A DNA stretch of 64,000 nucleotides from Vicugna vicugna. Its lineage: Eukaryota. A program made the position numbers and the translations under genes. This document shows, piece after piece, positions 1 to 11,369 of this stretch. The stretch spans positions 496,001 to 560,000 of the forward strand of contig MU059546.1 of the NCBI GenBank assembly GCA_013265495.1, given 5' to 3'. The notes under the pieces are model-generated. The model searched no databases. It saw only the letters and a program-made list of their open reading frames with translations, and had not been told where the DNA came from. Position 1 is the stretch's first letter; each line of letters starts with the position of its first letter.

Positions 1-3000
1 CCCACCAGCGATTCTTCAAGTACCTGTGTGTTGCCGCCAAGGTGTGCCGGCTGGTGGAGCTGGCCCAGGAGGAGCTGGCCCGGGACAAGGTGCGCTGATG
101 CAGGTGGTGGCGGGGCTGTGTTGGGACCCTGCATCCCCGTGTGAAGGGCCACTGGGCAGAACCAGGCACCCGGTGTCAGTCCCACAGTCGCAAAGGAGGC
201 TGCGCGTGACTGGGCTGGACCCATGAAGACAGGGTTGGGAACAGCCGTGCTGAGGCCCAGAAGGTTCTGGTCCCGCTCAGTCCAAGCTCCCTGCAGCAAG
301 TGGCAGACAGGGTCTTGCCTAGCTCCCCGTGTCTCCAGAAAGAACAGGGCAGGGGCCAGATGAGAAGAGCAGAGATGCAGGAGCTGAGGCTGGCTCCTGG
401 CTGCCAGGTGGAGATCTGGGCTTGTTGGGGGCCCGGCAGCCCTCAGGACACAGGGGGACCCCGGGGAAGGAGGCAGAAACTGAGGCCAACCCCAGCTCTC
501 CTGCTGTTGGGCTGGGTGTAGGGGCCTGGGGCTTCCTTGTGGGCGCCTCTGGGGTCCCGCTCCTGGGCTGGTGGGCAGGGGCCCCAGCCGCTCACCCCCA
601 CCGCACCCCACAGTGCGTGGTCATCGGGCTGCAGTCTACGGGTGAGGCGCGGACTCGGGAGGTGCTGGATGAGAAAGAGGGGCAACTTGACGGCTTCGTC
701 TCCGCCGCTGAGTGAGTGGTGCCTGGGGCCCCTGGGGACCCCTCCCTGTGTGACTGATTAGGTGTCCCTGCCCTGGGGCCAACCTGTGGTCTGGCCCTGT
801 ATGTGACCCCAGCTGCGGGAGCCAGCCGGCCCCGACCTTCAGAGACCTTAGGCCCAGCTGTAGTTGTAAGGCCCAAAGCGGGAACTGTGGAGACCCCAGA
901 ACAGGGAGGGTGCTGCAGAGGGTCCCAGGACCTTAGAGTGAGGCTCCCAGGTGCCCACCTCCCAATGTGGTTATGGTGCTATTTCAAGGGCTGCTTGGAT
1001 TATAGAGACTGGCCCAGGTGGTCCCTGAAGACCCGGGCCCCTCACCCCAGAGCCAGAGAGGCCACCCCCGCCCACCCTGAGCGTAGGTCCCAGCACAAGG
1101 CCCCTTGCCCAGCTCTGCCCCATCCTGTCCGCCACACCCCAGCATCACGTCTCTTCTCTGGGAAGCCCCCAGCCCCTCCTCACTCCCCATTCCTGGAAGC
1201 TGCCCCGTACCCCACAGAGGTGGTCAGCCCCTGCTGTGGGCCCTTTGACAGCAGGAGTACCCCCATCACAGCACAACTGTGCCCCCTGTAGCCACGGACC
1301 CCCCAGGTGCAGAGGGGGCCCCCGCCCCACTGTCCTTGCAGCTCCTTTCCCTCCTGCCCACCTTCTCTGAGCCCCTGACGTGAGTCCCTGTGCCCAGACC
1401 CACCCGCAGGGTCCCCTGGCACCAGGCATCCCCCCACAGAGCAAACCCACACGTGGGACCATCCCCTCCAGGTCTCCTGGCCCGACAGCTTGACCTTGCT
1501 TCTCACTCTCAGGGGCGTCTTCCTGTCACTAATCCAGAAGCACTTTCCCTCAACGAAGAGAAAGCGGGAGAGAGGAGCAGGCAGTAAGAGGAAACGTAAG
1601 CCCTGTCCACCACCTCCCTCCAGCCTCCCTCCCTTCTGAGCGCTGGGTGGGGGTCATGCCCGCCGCCCCCTCTGCTGCTGGCTGCACAGACACATGGCCT
1701 GACCCCTGACCCCCACCCCAAGCCTCCGAGGCAGCTGCCGAGTCAGCAAATAAAACAAACCCAGCGCTGCAGGATGGGAGTATGGCTAGCTCATCCCTGC
1801 ACCCCATGCAGTATCTGTCCTCGCCTCCAAAAGGCCAGGGCCTGGGTGCAAGTGAGACCTCAAGGCTGAAACCGCACCAGTCCAGTGGACCAGGACGGAG
1901 CCTTTAAAGAGCATCCTGGATGGGGAAGTGACTTCATAGCACCTGCTGGCATGCAGTGCCTGCTGTCCTTCTAGGCAAATACCCAGCAGCAGCTCAGGGT
2001 GGGAAGTGAGGCTCAGAGAGGCCAAGCAACTCACCTGAGGGCACACAGCCAGGCCTGGGGGCCCAATCTGGCTCCTTCCACTTCCCAGGACTGGCCTTCT
2101 GGGCTCCCGGTCAGCAGCCAAATTCCTGGGCCCCTGGACCACCATCCCCTCAGGACCTGAGCATGTCCTCGGGCTGACCCGCCCAGGGCCGCCTCATGAG
2201 TTTGGGCATGTGCCCTCCCTAGGTGTGGCCCGAGGACACACCAGTGTGTCAGGAAGTCTGTCGGGGATGTTAAAACTGCTCCTTTACCCTGCGCCCTAGC
2301 CAACAGCAGGACCCAGACCTGCCAAAGCTGGATGGAGCTAGGGGCTTGGGCCCTGAACCCTGACCATCCCCCACACACTGGCCTGTCCCCAGGCTGCTGG
2401 GAGTCCCTCCAGGCCAGGTCCCCTGGACAGAGACGCAGGGCTGGACCACAGTGACCCCTGCCTGCTTTCCTGCAGGGCGGCCACGGGGCCGCGGAGCCAA
2501 GGCACCCAGGCTGGCGTGCGAGGTGGCAGGCGTGATCCGGATCAGTGATGACAGCAGCACGGAGTCGGACGGCGGCCTGGACAGCGACTTCCACTCCTCC
2601 CCCGAGTCCCTGATGGATGACGACGTGGTCATCGTGGACACCATCGGGCTTCCAGTTGATGACCGCGGTGAGGCTTGTGGCTGCCCTCCATTTCCCCGTT
2701 TCTCAAGTCGGGGTGCTGAGTCTCAGGGGAGTCAGGGCGCATGGCTGGGCAGGGGCAAAGCCGGGTTCATGCTGACAGCCTGGGGTTAAGGAGGTTCTGG
2801 ACCCCCACACCTCCTGGGTACCTGGCTTACCCCCACTCCCGAGGGACCCCCTCATCCTCCACGGCCCAGGACTGCGTCTCCCTGCAAGTATGGCTGTGAG
2901 CAGGTGGCCTGGCTGGTCATTTCTGACCCTCTGGCCCCACAGGCCCGCTGTGCCTCCCACAGCGAGACCTGCATGGCCCTGGCGTCCTGGAGCGGGTTGA

Positions 3001-6000
3001 GCGGCTGAAGCAGGACCTGCTGGCCAAGGTGCGGGCGCTGGGTCGGGAGCTGCCTGTCAACACCCTGGACGAGCTCATTGACCAGCTGGGGGGCCCAGAG
3101 AGGGTGGCAGAGGTGAGCTTTGGTGCCCCCTGGTGGCTGTCTTGGAGAGGTGAGGGTGGCCACAGGGCCCAGCGTCCAAGTGTCCTGCTCACTGGCCAGG
3201 GCTGCTGCTGGAGGGCTCTCTTCTCTTAGCCACTGCCGCCCCCCCCCCGCCCTCTGGCCCAGCTCCTCGTCCCCCTGCCCCACACATCCTCTGTGTTCTG
3301 GGTGCACTCTTGGGCCCAGGCCTGTCCCCCGACCCCAGAACACCCCTGTGCTTCCTTCTACCTGGGCTAGTCTGCTGTTTCTCAGGACGTCCTTCTGGTG
3401 CCACCTTAAGTTTGTTGTGGCCCAAGGCAGCTGGGTTCTGGGAAAAGACTTAGGAAGACAAGTGAAAACCCTGTCAGTTGCTCCGTGGGCCCCAAGCCCG
3501 GGGAGAGGCGAGTCCTGGCCCAGGGTCTGCTGCCCCTCGCCACACACACCCAGGTGCCCCAGGGTCACAGGTGGGGAAACCGAGACACGCGGGGACCAGC
3601 CCCTGGCAGCCACACCAGCTGACAGCCTGTCCCTGGCCCCACCCTGGCCACAGATGACCGGCAGGAAGGGCCGCGTGGTGTCCAGGCCTGATGGGACAGT
3701 GGCCTTCGAGTCACGGGCAGAGCAGGGCCTCTCCATCGACCACGTGAACCTCAGGGAGAAGGAACGGTTCATGAACGGCGAGAAGGTGGGGCCCTGGGGG
3801 AGGTAACTGTGGGGCTGTGTCTGCAGGGCACCCCCTGGACCAGGAGCGGGGAGCCCACAAGGGCCCTGTGGGCAGGGGAGGTTCAGGGGTCCTGGAGGGC
3901 TGGCTCGAGGACCAAAGCCCTCCCTGGCCCGCCCCACCTTCTGTCCGAGTCGCCCATGCCCGCAGCTTCTCTGAGCTGCTCCATGGGAGCTGATGTCCAC
4001 AAGGCAGGCAGACCCTCCAGGGGTGGTCAAGACTCTGTTCTAAGCCCACACGGGCACCTCTACGGATACGCGTATCTGAACTTCCTGTGCGGGTCACCCT
4101 GAATGCATCCAAGTGACCTGGGCCCAGGGCCGGAGGAGCAGGCTGTCTGCCCTGATGACCTGGCCGTGTCCACGCCTCCCCAGCTCGTGGCCATCATCTC
4201 AGAGGCCTCCAGCTCCGGTGTCTCCCTCCAAGCTGACCGCCGGGTCCAGAACCAGCGGCGCCGGGTCCACATAACGCTTGAGCTTCCCTGGAGTGCTGAC
4301 CGCGCCATCCAGCAGTTCGGTTAGCCCTGTCCCCACCCCTGCCCCAGGTCACCCAACCCTGCAGGCCTGCCAAGGTCTCTAAAAGTCTCCTCTGCCTCCA
4401 GGCAGGACCCACCGGTCCAACCAGGTCTCTGCACCCGAGTACATCTTCCTCATCTCAGAGCTGGCTGGGGAGCGCAGGTTTGCCTCCATTGTGGCCAAGC
4501 GGCTGGAGAGCCTGGTGAGTGTGCGGGCCAGGGGCTGGGGGAGGCTCCCTGAGGAGGGCAGATCAGGGAGGAGTGTGGGCCACCTGTGACAGCCTCTCCC
4601 ATCCTGGGCAGGGGGCATTGACCCACGGAGACCGCCGAGCCACCGAGTCCCGGGACTTGAGCAAGTACAACTTTGAGAACAAGGTACCCAAGGAGGTAGG
4701 GCCCGAGAGAGGAGGGTCCCGGGGTGCCCAGCCCAGCCTCTGACACGACCCTCGCCCCTCCACGCAGTACGGCGCCCGGGCCCTCAGCTGCGTCCTCACC
4801 ACCATCCTTAGCCAGACCGAGAGCAAGGTGCCGCTGCCCCAGGGCTACCCGGGAGGGGACGCCGCCTTCTTCCGCGGTGAGTTGGGGTGCCTGCAGTCTC
4901 CCCAAGGGGTGCCATCTGGGCCACTGGGATTGGTGTCAAAAGGTCCTCCCCACACATGCCAAGGGGACACTGGTGGTGAGGGGGATCCCTGGTGGGCTGG
5001 GGTGAGGGCCGGGAGGGAAGCAGGTGTGAGGCCCCCTCCCTCCCCGCAGACATGAAGCAGGGGCTGCTGTCGGTTGGCATCGGAGGGCGCGAGTCCAGGT
5101 CCGGCTGCCTGGATGTGGAGAAGGGTGAGCCCCCAGTAGAGCCTGGGGCGGGCGGCGCCCCCAAACTTCCGTGTCCAGTGGACAGGGAGAGGCTGGGCTC
5201 AGCCGCAGCCTGAGGCTCCGTCCCGCCACCAGACTGCTCCATCACCAAGTTCCTGAACCGTATCCTGGGGCTGGAAGTGCACAAGCAGAACGCGCTGTTC
5301 CAGTACTTCTCCGACACCTTCGACCACCTCATCGCGGTGGACAAGAAGGAGGGCAAATATGACATGGGCATCCTGGGTGAGCACCGGCGGCCAGGCCAGG
5401 CCCGCCCTGCTAGACCCCCCTCCCCAAGGCCGGAGCCTGGGCCCCACTCATCCTGCTGGCTCTCTTCCAGACCTGGCTCCCGGCATCGACGAGATCTACG
5501 AGGAGAGCCAGCAGGTGTTCCTGGCCCCCGGGCACCCACAGGACGGGCAGGTGGTCTTCTACAAGGTGATCAGACACCGCCCAGGCCNNNNNNNNNNNNN
5601 NNNNNNNNNNNNNNNNNNNNNNNNNNNNNNNNNNNNNNNNNNNNNNNNNNNNNNNNNNNNNNNNNNNNNNNNNNNNNNNNNNNNNNNNNNNNNNNNNNNN
5701 NNNNNNNNNNNNNNNNNNNNNNNNNNNNNNNNNNNNNNNNNNNNNCGTCCCACCCATCGTCCCCGCCCCCCACATCCCCCTAATGCCCACGGGCCCTGCA
5801 GATCAGCGTGGACCGCGGCCTGAAGTGGGAGGAGGCGTATGCCAGGTCTCTGGAGCTGACAGGCACCCACGACGGCTTCTACCTCTCCTACAAGGTGGGG
5901 ACCCCCAGCAAGCCCCCAGTACCCCAAGGGCAGGACCCCAGCAGCTGGTGGGCTGCGGGGCGAGGGCAGCAGTCAGCCTCAGGCCCTCTTGGGCACGCAT

Positions 6001-7383
6001 ACCTTGGGGACCAACACTCAGCACGTGGGGTAGTGCCCCCGCCCTGACGCCCACCCCTGCCCAGGTCCGTGACAACAAGCCCAGCTGCCTGCTGGCCCAG
6101 CAGAACCGCGGCAAGCTCTTCACCGTGTATAAGCCCAACATCGGGCGGCAGAGCCAGCTGGAGACGTTCGACAGCCTGTGCCGGAAGTTCCACCGGGTAG
6201 GCCCAGCCGTGCCCCCACCGAGGCCCTGTAGTTCCAGCCTCCCCCGTGGCTCCTCCCTGGCGGGCCTCCTGCTGTCCCCAGGCCGCCTTCGGCTTCCATG
6301 CTCCGCTGCCCTGGCTACCAGGTGCAAGATGAGCAGGCCTGGGGCACTGTGGAGCCCGGGGACACCCGTCCAGGGGCCCAACTGCCTGTCTCCACAGGTG
6401 ACAGCGGAGGAGGCCAGGGAGCACTGGGAGAGCAGCTACACCTTCTCGCTGACGCACTGCAGCCACACCACGTGGTGAGGCCCAGGCTGGACTGGAGAGG
6501 GGGAGGCTGTGCGCTGCTGTGGAAGGAGCCAGGGCGGTCCTGGAGGCTTGCGGATGAGGGGCAAGGGGCCGGAGCAGGGTGGGCGGGGCTGGGAAGGCAG
6601 GCACAGCAGCGAGCCTGTCCTGTGCAGGAACCGGCACTGCCGGCTGGCGCAGCAGGGTAAGGACTGCGCGCAGGGCCTGCGGCTGCGCCACCACTACATG
6701 CTGTGCGGGGCCCTGCTGCGCGTGTGGGGCCGCATCGCCGCCGTCATGGCCGACGTCACCAGCAGCAGCTACCTGCAGATCGTACGTCTCAAGACCAAGG
6801 ACAAGAAGAAGCAAGTTGGTGAGCGGTGGGCGCGGGCGGGGTGGGGGAGGTCGGCCCCCCGCAGGCCCTGACCTCCTGGCGCCCTGCAGGCATCAAGATC
6901 CCCGAGGGCTGCGTGCACCGGGTGCTGCAGGAGCTGCAGCTCATGGACGCCGACGTGAAGCGCAAGCAGGCGCGCAGCCGTGGGCTTCCCCCTCCACCGG
7001 CCGCCCTGCGCCCGCTTGCAATGCCCTGCGGCCCCAGCGAGGTCCTAGACCTCACCTACAGCCCACCCGCCCAGGCCTTCCCTCTACCCTCGCCGTTCAC
7101 CTTCCCACCGCCGCCGCCGGTCCCCGGCCCCGGTGGCCTGCTGCTGGGCGCTCCGGACGCCCCTGAGGCCCCGACTGACCCTGCAGCCCTCCTGCACCAG
7201 GGCTGTGACATCAACTTCAAGGAGGTGCTGGAGGACATGCTGCGCTCCCTCAACGCTGTGCCACCCGCCGAACCCCCTGGCCCGCTGGGGGCTGGTGCCG
7301 GGGCCCCGGGCGCTCCTGGAGGCGGTGGGGGCCCTGAGCGGCAGAGCGTCATCCAGTTCAGCCCCCCATTCCCAAACTCCTAG
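1..7383 (+). CDS. SBNO2: Strawberry notch homolog 2, 3' part (5' end outside window). join(<1..89,614..711,1513..1595,2476..2667,2943..3112,3654..3785,4184..4319,4402..4514,4612..4683,4768..4876,5050..5124,5233..5376,5471..5565,5802..5894,6065..6196,6398..6474,6628..6818,6890..7383)
   Basis: The exons translate to SBNO-family sequence ([71 protein letters not shown]). All junctions are GT-AG with consistent phases; stop TAG at 7381-7383. Confidence 0.96.
5588..5745. other. Assembly gap (158 N) inside an SBNO2 intron
   Basis: Run of N between exons 5471..5565 and 5802..5894. The flanking exons join in frame (FYK|ISVDRG), so no constitutive exon is needed in the gap. Confidence 0.97.
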
Positions 7384-9053
7384 GCGCCGCCGGGCATCCT
7401 TCCCAGACAGGACTGTAAGAACATGCCACACCTACACCAAGGAAGCGGGTGGCCATCAGGCTGGGTTCCCCTGCCGACTACTGAGAGGACTGGGGGCCAG
7501 GGTGCCCTCATCCAGCCCACCAAGGCCCCCACTGCAGTGCCTTCCCGCCGATGCCTGGGCAGTCCCCCAAGATGCTGCCAGCCCTGGGGGGCCCCTCTGA
7601 GGCCCTGCCTGGTGGGGCAGTGGCTGCAAGCAGGTCCCACTCAGGAGATTCCGGGTCCAGAGGCCCAGGAAGGGCCTGGGGGTGGGGGCCCTCCTCCCTC
7701 TCTGTGCCTCGGTCCTCTACTGCCCCCTCCAGGCCTGGGTTGGGGCTCCTGCCCCACCCACCTTACAGGGCCTAGTCAGGCCTGAACCCCTATAATCCAC
7801 AAAACTGGGTGGCCCCAAGAGCTGGAAACTCAGGAAACCCCAGGTGCTCAGGGCCCCACTGTCTCTAGGGGGGCTCCATGGGGCAGATCCCCCCATTAAT
7901 ATATGCAATTCCCTCTCCCTGCTCTCTGTTCCCTAAATTATTACCCAGCCACCTCTCCCAGGTTCCGGACTCCTGTGGAGCTGGTGGGTGGCCCCCTGGT
8001 TTCTATGTGTATTTATAATGAATTCAAGTGTATATATGTAAAGAGATCTTTTTTAAATATATGTGCATTTTCACTACTTCCCAGGCTGTCTGTTCCTGTG
8101 GCCTGCAGGTACCACTGCATGTTCCTCCCAGGTGTGGTGATTAGGGGGACCCAGGGACTGAGGTCAGGGGTGGCTGCTGGCCTCTCCCTGCTGGCTCATC
8201 TCCTGAAGGCTGCGTGGCCTGGCAGATGATTGGGGCCAGGCCAGGGGAGACACCCCACCCCATGAGGCAGTTTGTCCACTGTGTGGTCCTGGCACTGGAA
8301 CAGCCAGCCAGCTGCCTCTGAACTGGCAGTGCCAGGCCCGAGGTGTCTGGGCCCAGACACTAGTTGGAGACAGGACCCTGCCTGGGACCCTCTTGATGGT
8401 GTTGAGTCCGGTCCCTCAGACCTCCGTGTTCACGGCTACAGCCTCTGCCTTGGCGCCCTTCCAGGTCTTCCTCGAGGGTATTGGTTGTGCAGCCCAGGGG
8501 CAGGAGAGCCCAGGAGCTGGGCCCCGTCTGGAAGACAGCAGCAAGCTGGGCCACCTTCCACACTCTCCAGGATGGCTCCCTCGAGCTGCAGGCAGGCAAG
8601 GAGGCTGTGCCCACAGCCCCTCCTGGGGGACAGCTTGTGCCTGATGAGGTGCGTGAGAAGGCTGGTGCCCTGACTCCGCATCTATTCTGTGAGGCTGGCT
8701 TGGTGCCCAGCCCAGGTGCAGCGGGCCTCCAGCAGGCAAGGCCTCACTGCCTAGGTCCCCTGACCCTCCCGCCTCAGCACATGGGAGGAGACCTGGTGGA
8801 GGGGGCAGCAGCCCATCAGGAGCCGTTATTATCTTCCCCAGGATCAGCTCTGCCTGCCCTCTGGGCTGGGCTGAGGCGATTAGCAGCCCAGGGTGCAGCC
8901 CTCTAAACCCTGAGGGAAGTCCGACGTCCACATCCCTCCTCCCCCACCCCCCGCAGCCTGGGGAGCTGGCAACACCTGCCACTGCGCCAGGAGGGGCCTG
9001 GGACAAAAGACCCCCACCATAAGTAGGAGCACCCAGCAGGCCAGTTTGTATGT

Positions 9054-9059
9054 TTTATT
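9054..9059 (-). terminator. GPX4: GPX4 polyadenylation signal AATAAA
   Basis: TTTATT on + strand, about 195 nt after the stop codon and downstream of the SECIS. Confidence 0.85.
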
Positions 9060-9120
9060 CTGACAAAGCAGCTGGGGGTAGGGGGTTGCCGAGCTGCGAG
9101 CTGGGCCGAGGGGCCTTCCT

Positions 9121-9196
9121 CCGGCAGGGGTGCACGCCGGGTTCTCAGGTCTGCCCCACCAGGGCTGGTTTTCGGGCAGACCGTCACGGGTGCCGG
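9121..9196 (-). promoter_or_regulatory. GPX4: SECIS element (form 2) in the GPX4 3' UTR
   Basis: RNA reads CCGGCACCC-GUGAC-GGUCUGCC-CG-AAAA-CCAGCCCUGG-UGG-GGCAGACC-UGAG-...-CCGG. It has the UGAN/NGAN non-Watson-Crick core, a perfect 8-bp GGUCUGCC/GGCAGACC helix, an unpaired AAAA and an apical mini-stem. Confidence 0.93.
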
Positions 9197-9253
9197 GTGG
9201 AAGGCTCCAAGGGGCACGGGCAGCAGGCTCGGGTAGGGGCGCACCTTGTGGAA

Positions 9254-11369
9254 CTAGAGGTAGCACGGCAGGTCCTTCTCAATTACCTGCAGGGAAGGAA
9301 GGGTCAGGGCACCTCTTCCCGTGCCCCCTCCCCACCCCCCGCAGCAGGCTCCCTCGAAAGGCACCTACCAGGGGCTCCTCCATGGGACCATACCGCTTCA
9401 CCACGCAGCCGTTCTTGTCAATGAGGAACTGCCAGAGAGGCGGTGTCAGTACCGGGAGGCCCGCAGGGCTGGGGCGAGCAAGCAGCCCCCACCGCCACCC
9501 CACTTAGGTCACAGCTGGGGACCCTTGAAGTGGCCCAGTTGTGGCTGGGGGCTGGGTCGCCCCCCTAGGCCTCCAGTCCCCCTTACCTTGGTGAAGTTCC
9601 ATTTGATGGCACTACAAAAGAAGTGTGGTGTCTGAGGAATCCCGTGGCAACTGCAGACCCCCCCTGCGCCGGGGCGCCACCCTGCCCTCCCTTCTCCCCT
9701 TGCCCCTGCTCACTTTCCCAGGACGCCCTTCCCCTTGGGCTGAACTTTCATCCACTTCCACAGCGGGTGGGCATCATCCCCATTAACACAGATCTTGCTG
9801 AACAAATCGAATTTGACGTTATAGCCGGCGGCGAACTCTTTGATCTCAGCATTGCTCCCTGGCTCCTGTGGCAGGACAGGGTGCGGGCTGAGTGGGCAGG
9901 AGCCTGCACCCCTCTGGCCCCTGCTCCAGAAGACAGGCCCTCGCCCGCGCCTCCACCTCCGCCCACAGGACGAACGGGGCCCCCAGAGCCACACACCTGC
10001 CTCCCGAACTGGTTGCAAGGGAAGGCGAGGATCCGTAAACCACACTCGGCGTACCGCGCGTGCAGATCGACCAGCTGAGTGTAGTTCACGCGCGTCTTGC
10101 CTCATTGCGAGGCCACGTTGGTGACGATGCACACGTGGCCCCTGGTGGGACGAAGGAGCCAGGTCAGGGCCAAGGCCTCTGCCTGCCTCCCCCGTCAGGC
10201 CGACTAGCACCCACCGGTACTTGTCCAGGTGAACCACGTGACCGTCGATGTCCTCGGCTGAGAATTCGTGCATGGAGTGAGCACAGCGCCAGTCGTCGCG
10301 AGCCGCGCACTGCAACGGAAGGGCGTGCTGAGCGGACTGCGGGCCCGGGGTGCCAGGCCCTGGTGCGGGTCCACCTGGCCCACTCGCTCAGCCCGCCCAG
10401 CCAGGGCTGCCAAAGGGAGGACAACTGGGGCACCGGGGCAAGGAAAGAGTGAGGCGGCTCCTCCTCAAAGCTGGGGCGGGACAGGGCGCATTTGGCCCAA
10501 GACATAACAGAGCCGGGAAGGGCTTGGGACCCTGCTAGGCGGGTGTGGAGACCCCGCGCGCACCGGGTTCTGGGACTCGGCGCCGCAGGAGCTCTCCCCG
10601 GCCACAGGCCCCCCCTGCCCAGAGTTCTCAGGCGCGGGCCTCTCCCGCCTGCGGCGCGCCCTCCTGCGACGGCACACTCGAGCCCCCCGCCTCCGGGGGG
10701 CTCGGCGCCGCCGCCCGGCTGGCAACCGGCGCCGCTGCCCGCGACGACCCGGGGAGCCGGCGGCTGCGCGGCCCATGCCCGCCCGTTCCTGGCCGCTCCT
10801 GTGCCCACCGAGGGCCGCGCCAGGAGGACAAAGAGCCAGTAGCCAAGGGCGCCGGGCCGCTGCTCTGTGACGCCAACGAGCGGGGCCCCGGGAGGCGCAG
10901 GGCGGGGGAGGGGCAGTGACACCCCGAGGCGCGTGATCCCGGATTTTCCGGCCATCCGGCGCCCTCGCTCCCCCGGCAGCAGGCGGGTCGCTAGTGGCCG
11001 ACGACGCCACCCTCAGCTGCCCTGAAGCAGCAGCGTCTGCGCGTCAGGGGCGCCCACCCGGGGGTTCCGACCGCCTAGCCCTAACCCGGCCTCCCGGGAG
11101 CCGCCCCCAGTCCCCGATCTAGACTCAGTAACCCAGGCCCGCGCGCTAGCCACCGCTCCGACCGCCGCGGAGGGGGCGGCCGAGTACTGCTCGCGCGCCC
11201 CCAGCCAGCGCCGCCAGCCCAAGGTCCCCGCAGCTCCGCGCGCCCGCCCAACGGCCCGCCAGCCAGCCGGCGGCGCCCCGCTCACCATGGTGCTGGCCAA
11301 GCCAGGTGCGGCCAGAGCCCCGCAGAGGAGCGCTGGCTTCAGGAGGCGGCACAGGCGGCTGAAGCTCAT
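9254..11369 (-). CDS. GPX4: Phospholipid hydroperoxide glutathione peroxidase 4 (selenoprotein, 197 aa mitochondrial form; cytosolic ATG at 11288). complement(join(9254..9286,9369..9428,9587..9611,9714..9865,9997..10141,10215..10309,11286..11369))
   Basis: Exons of 84+95+145+152+25+60+33 nt give 594 nt. In-frame TGA (Sec) at 10102-10104 in NVASQUGKT; FPCNQFG and IKWNFTKF motifs; 27-aa leader [27 protein letters not shown]; SECIS downstream. Confidence 0.98.
10564..10776 (-). CDS. GPX4: GPX4 alternative exon 1b (sperm-nuclear isoform, Arg-rich 71-aa N-terminus)
   Basis: ATG at 10776 reads [47 protein letters not shown]...SQNP. The phase-0 donor GTGCGC at 10563 matches the phase of exon 2, and the sequence resembles the known nuclear GPX4 N-terminus. 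Confidence 0.88.

Noticed and set aside
1749-1754. Intronic AATAAA in SBNO2
   Set aside because: No downstream GU/U-rich element; probably chance.
2852-4030. 392-aa minus-strand ORF
   Set aside because: Antisense to SBNO2 exons and introns, with low-complexity P/G/R/A composition and no recognisable domain. Long open frames are expected at this GC content.
10102-10104. GPX4 as a nonsense pseudogene
   Set aside because: TGA lies at the conserved Sec position and a SECIS is present.
10777-11010. 78-aa upstream extension of nuclear GPX4 in the ORF track
   Set aside because: The ORF opens with GTG at 11010, not ATG; the homologous start is ATG 10776.
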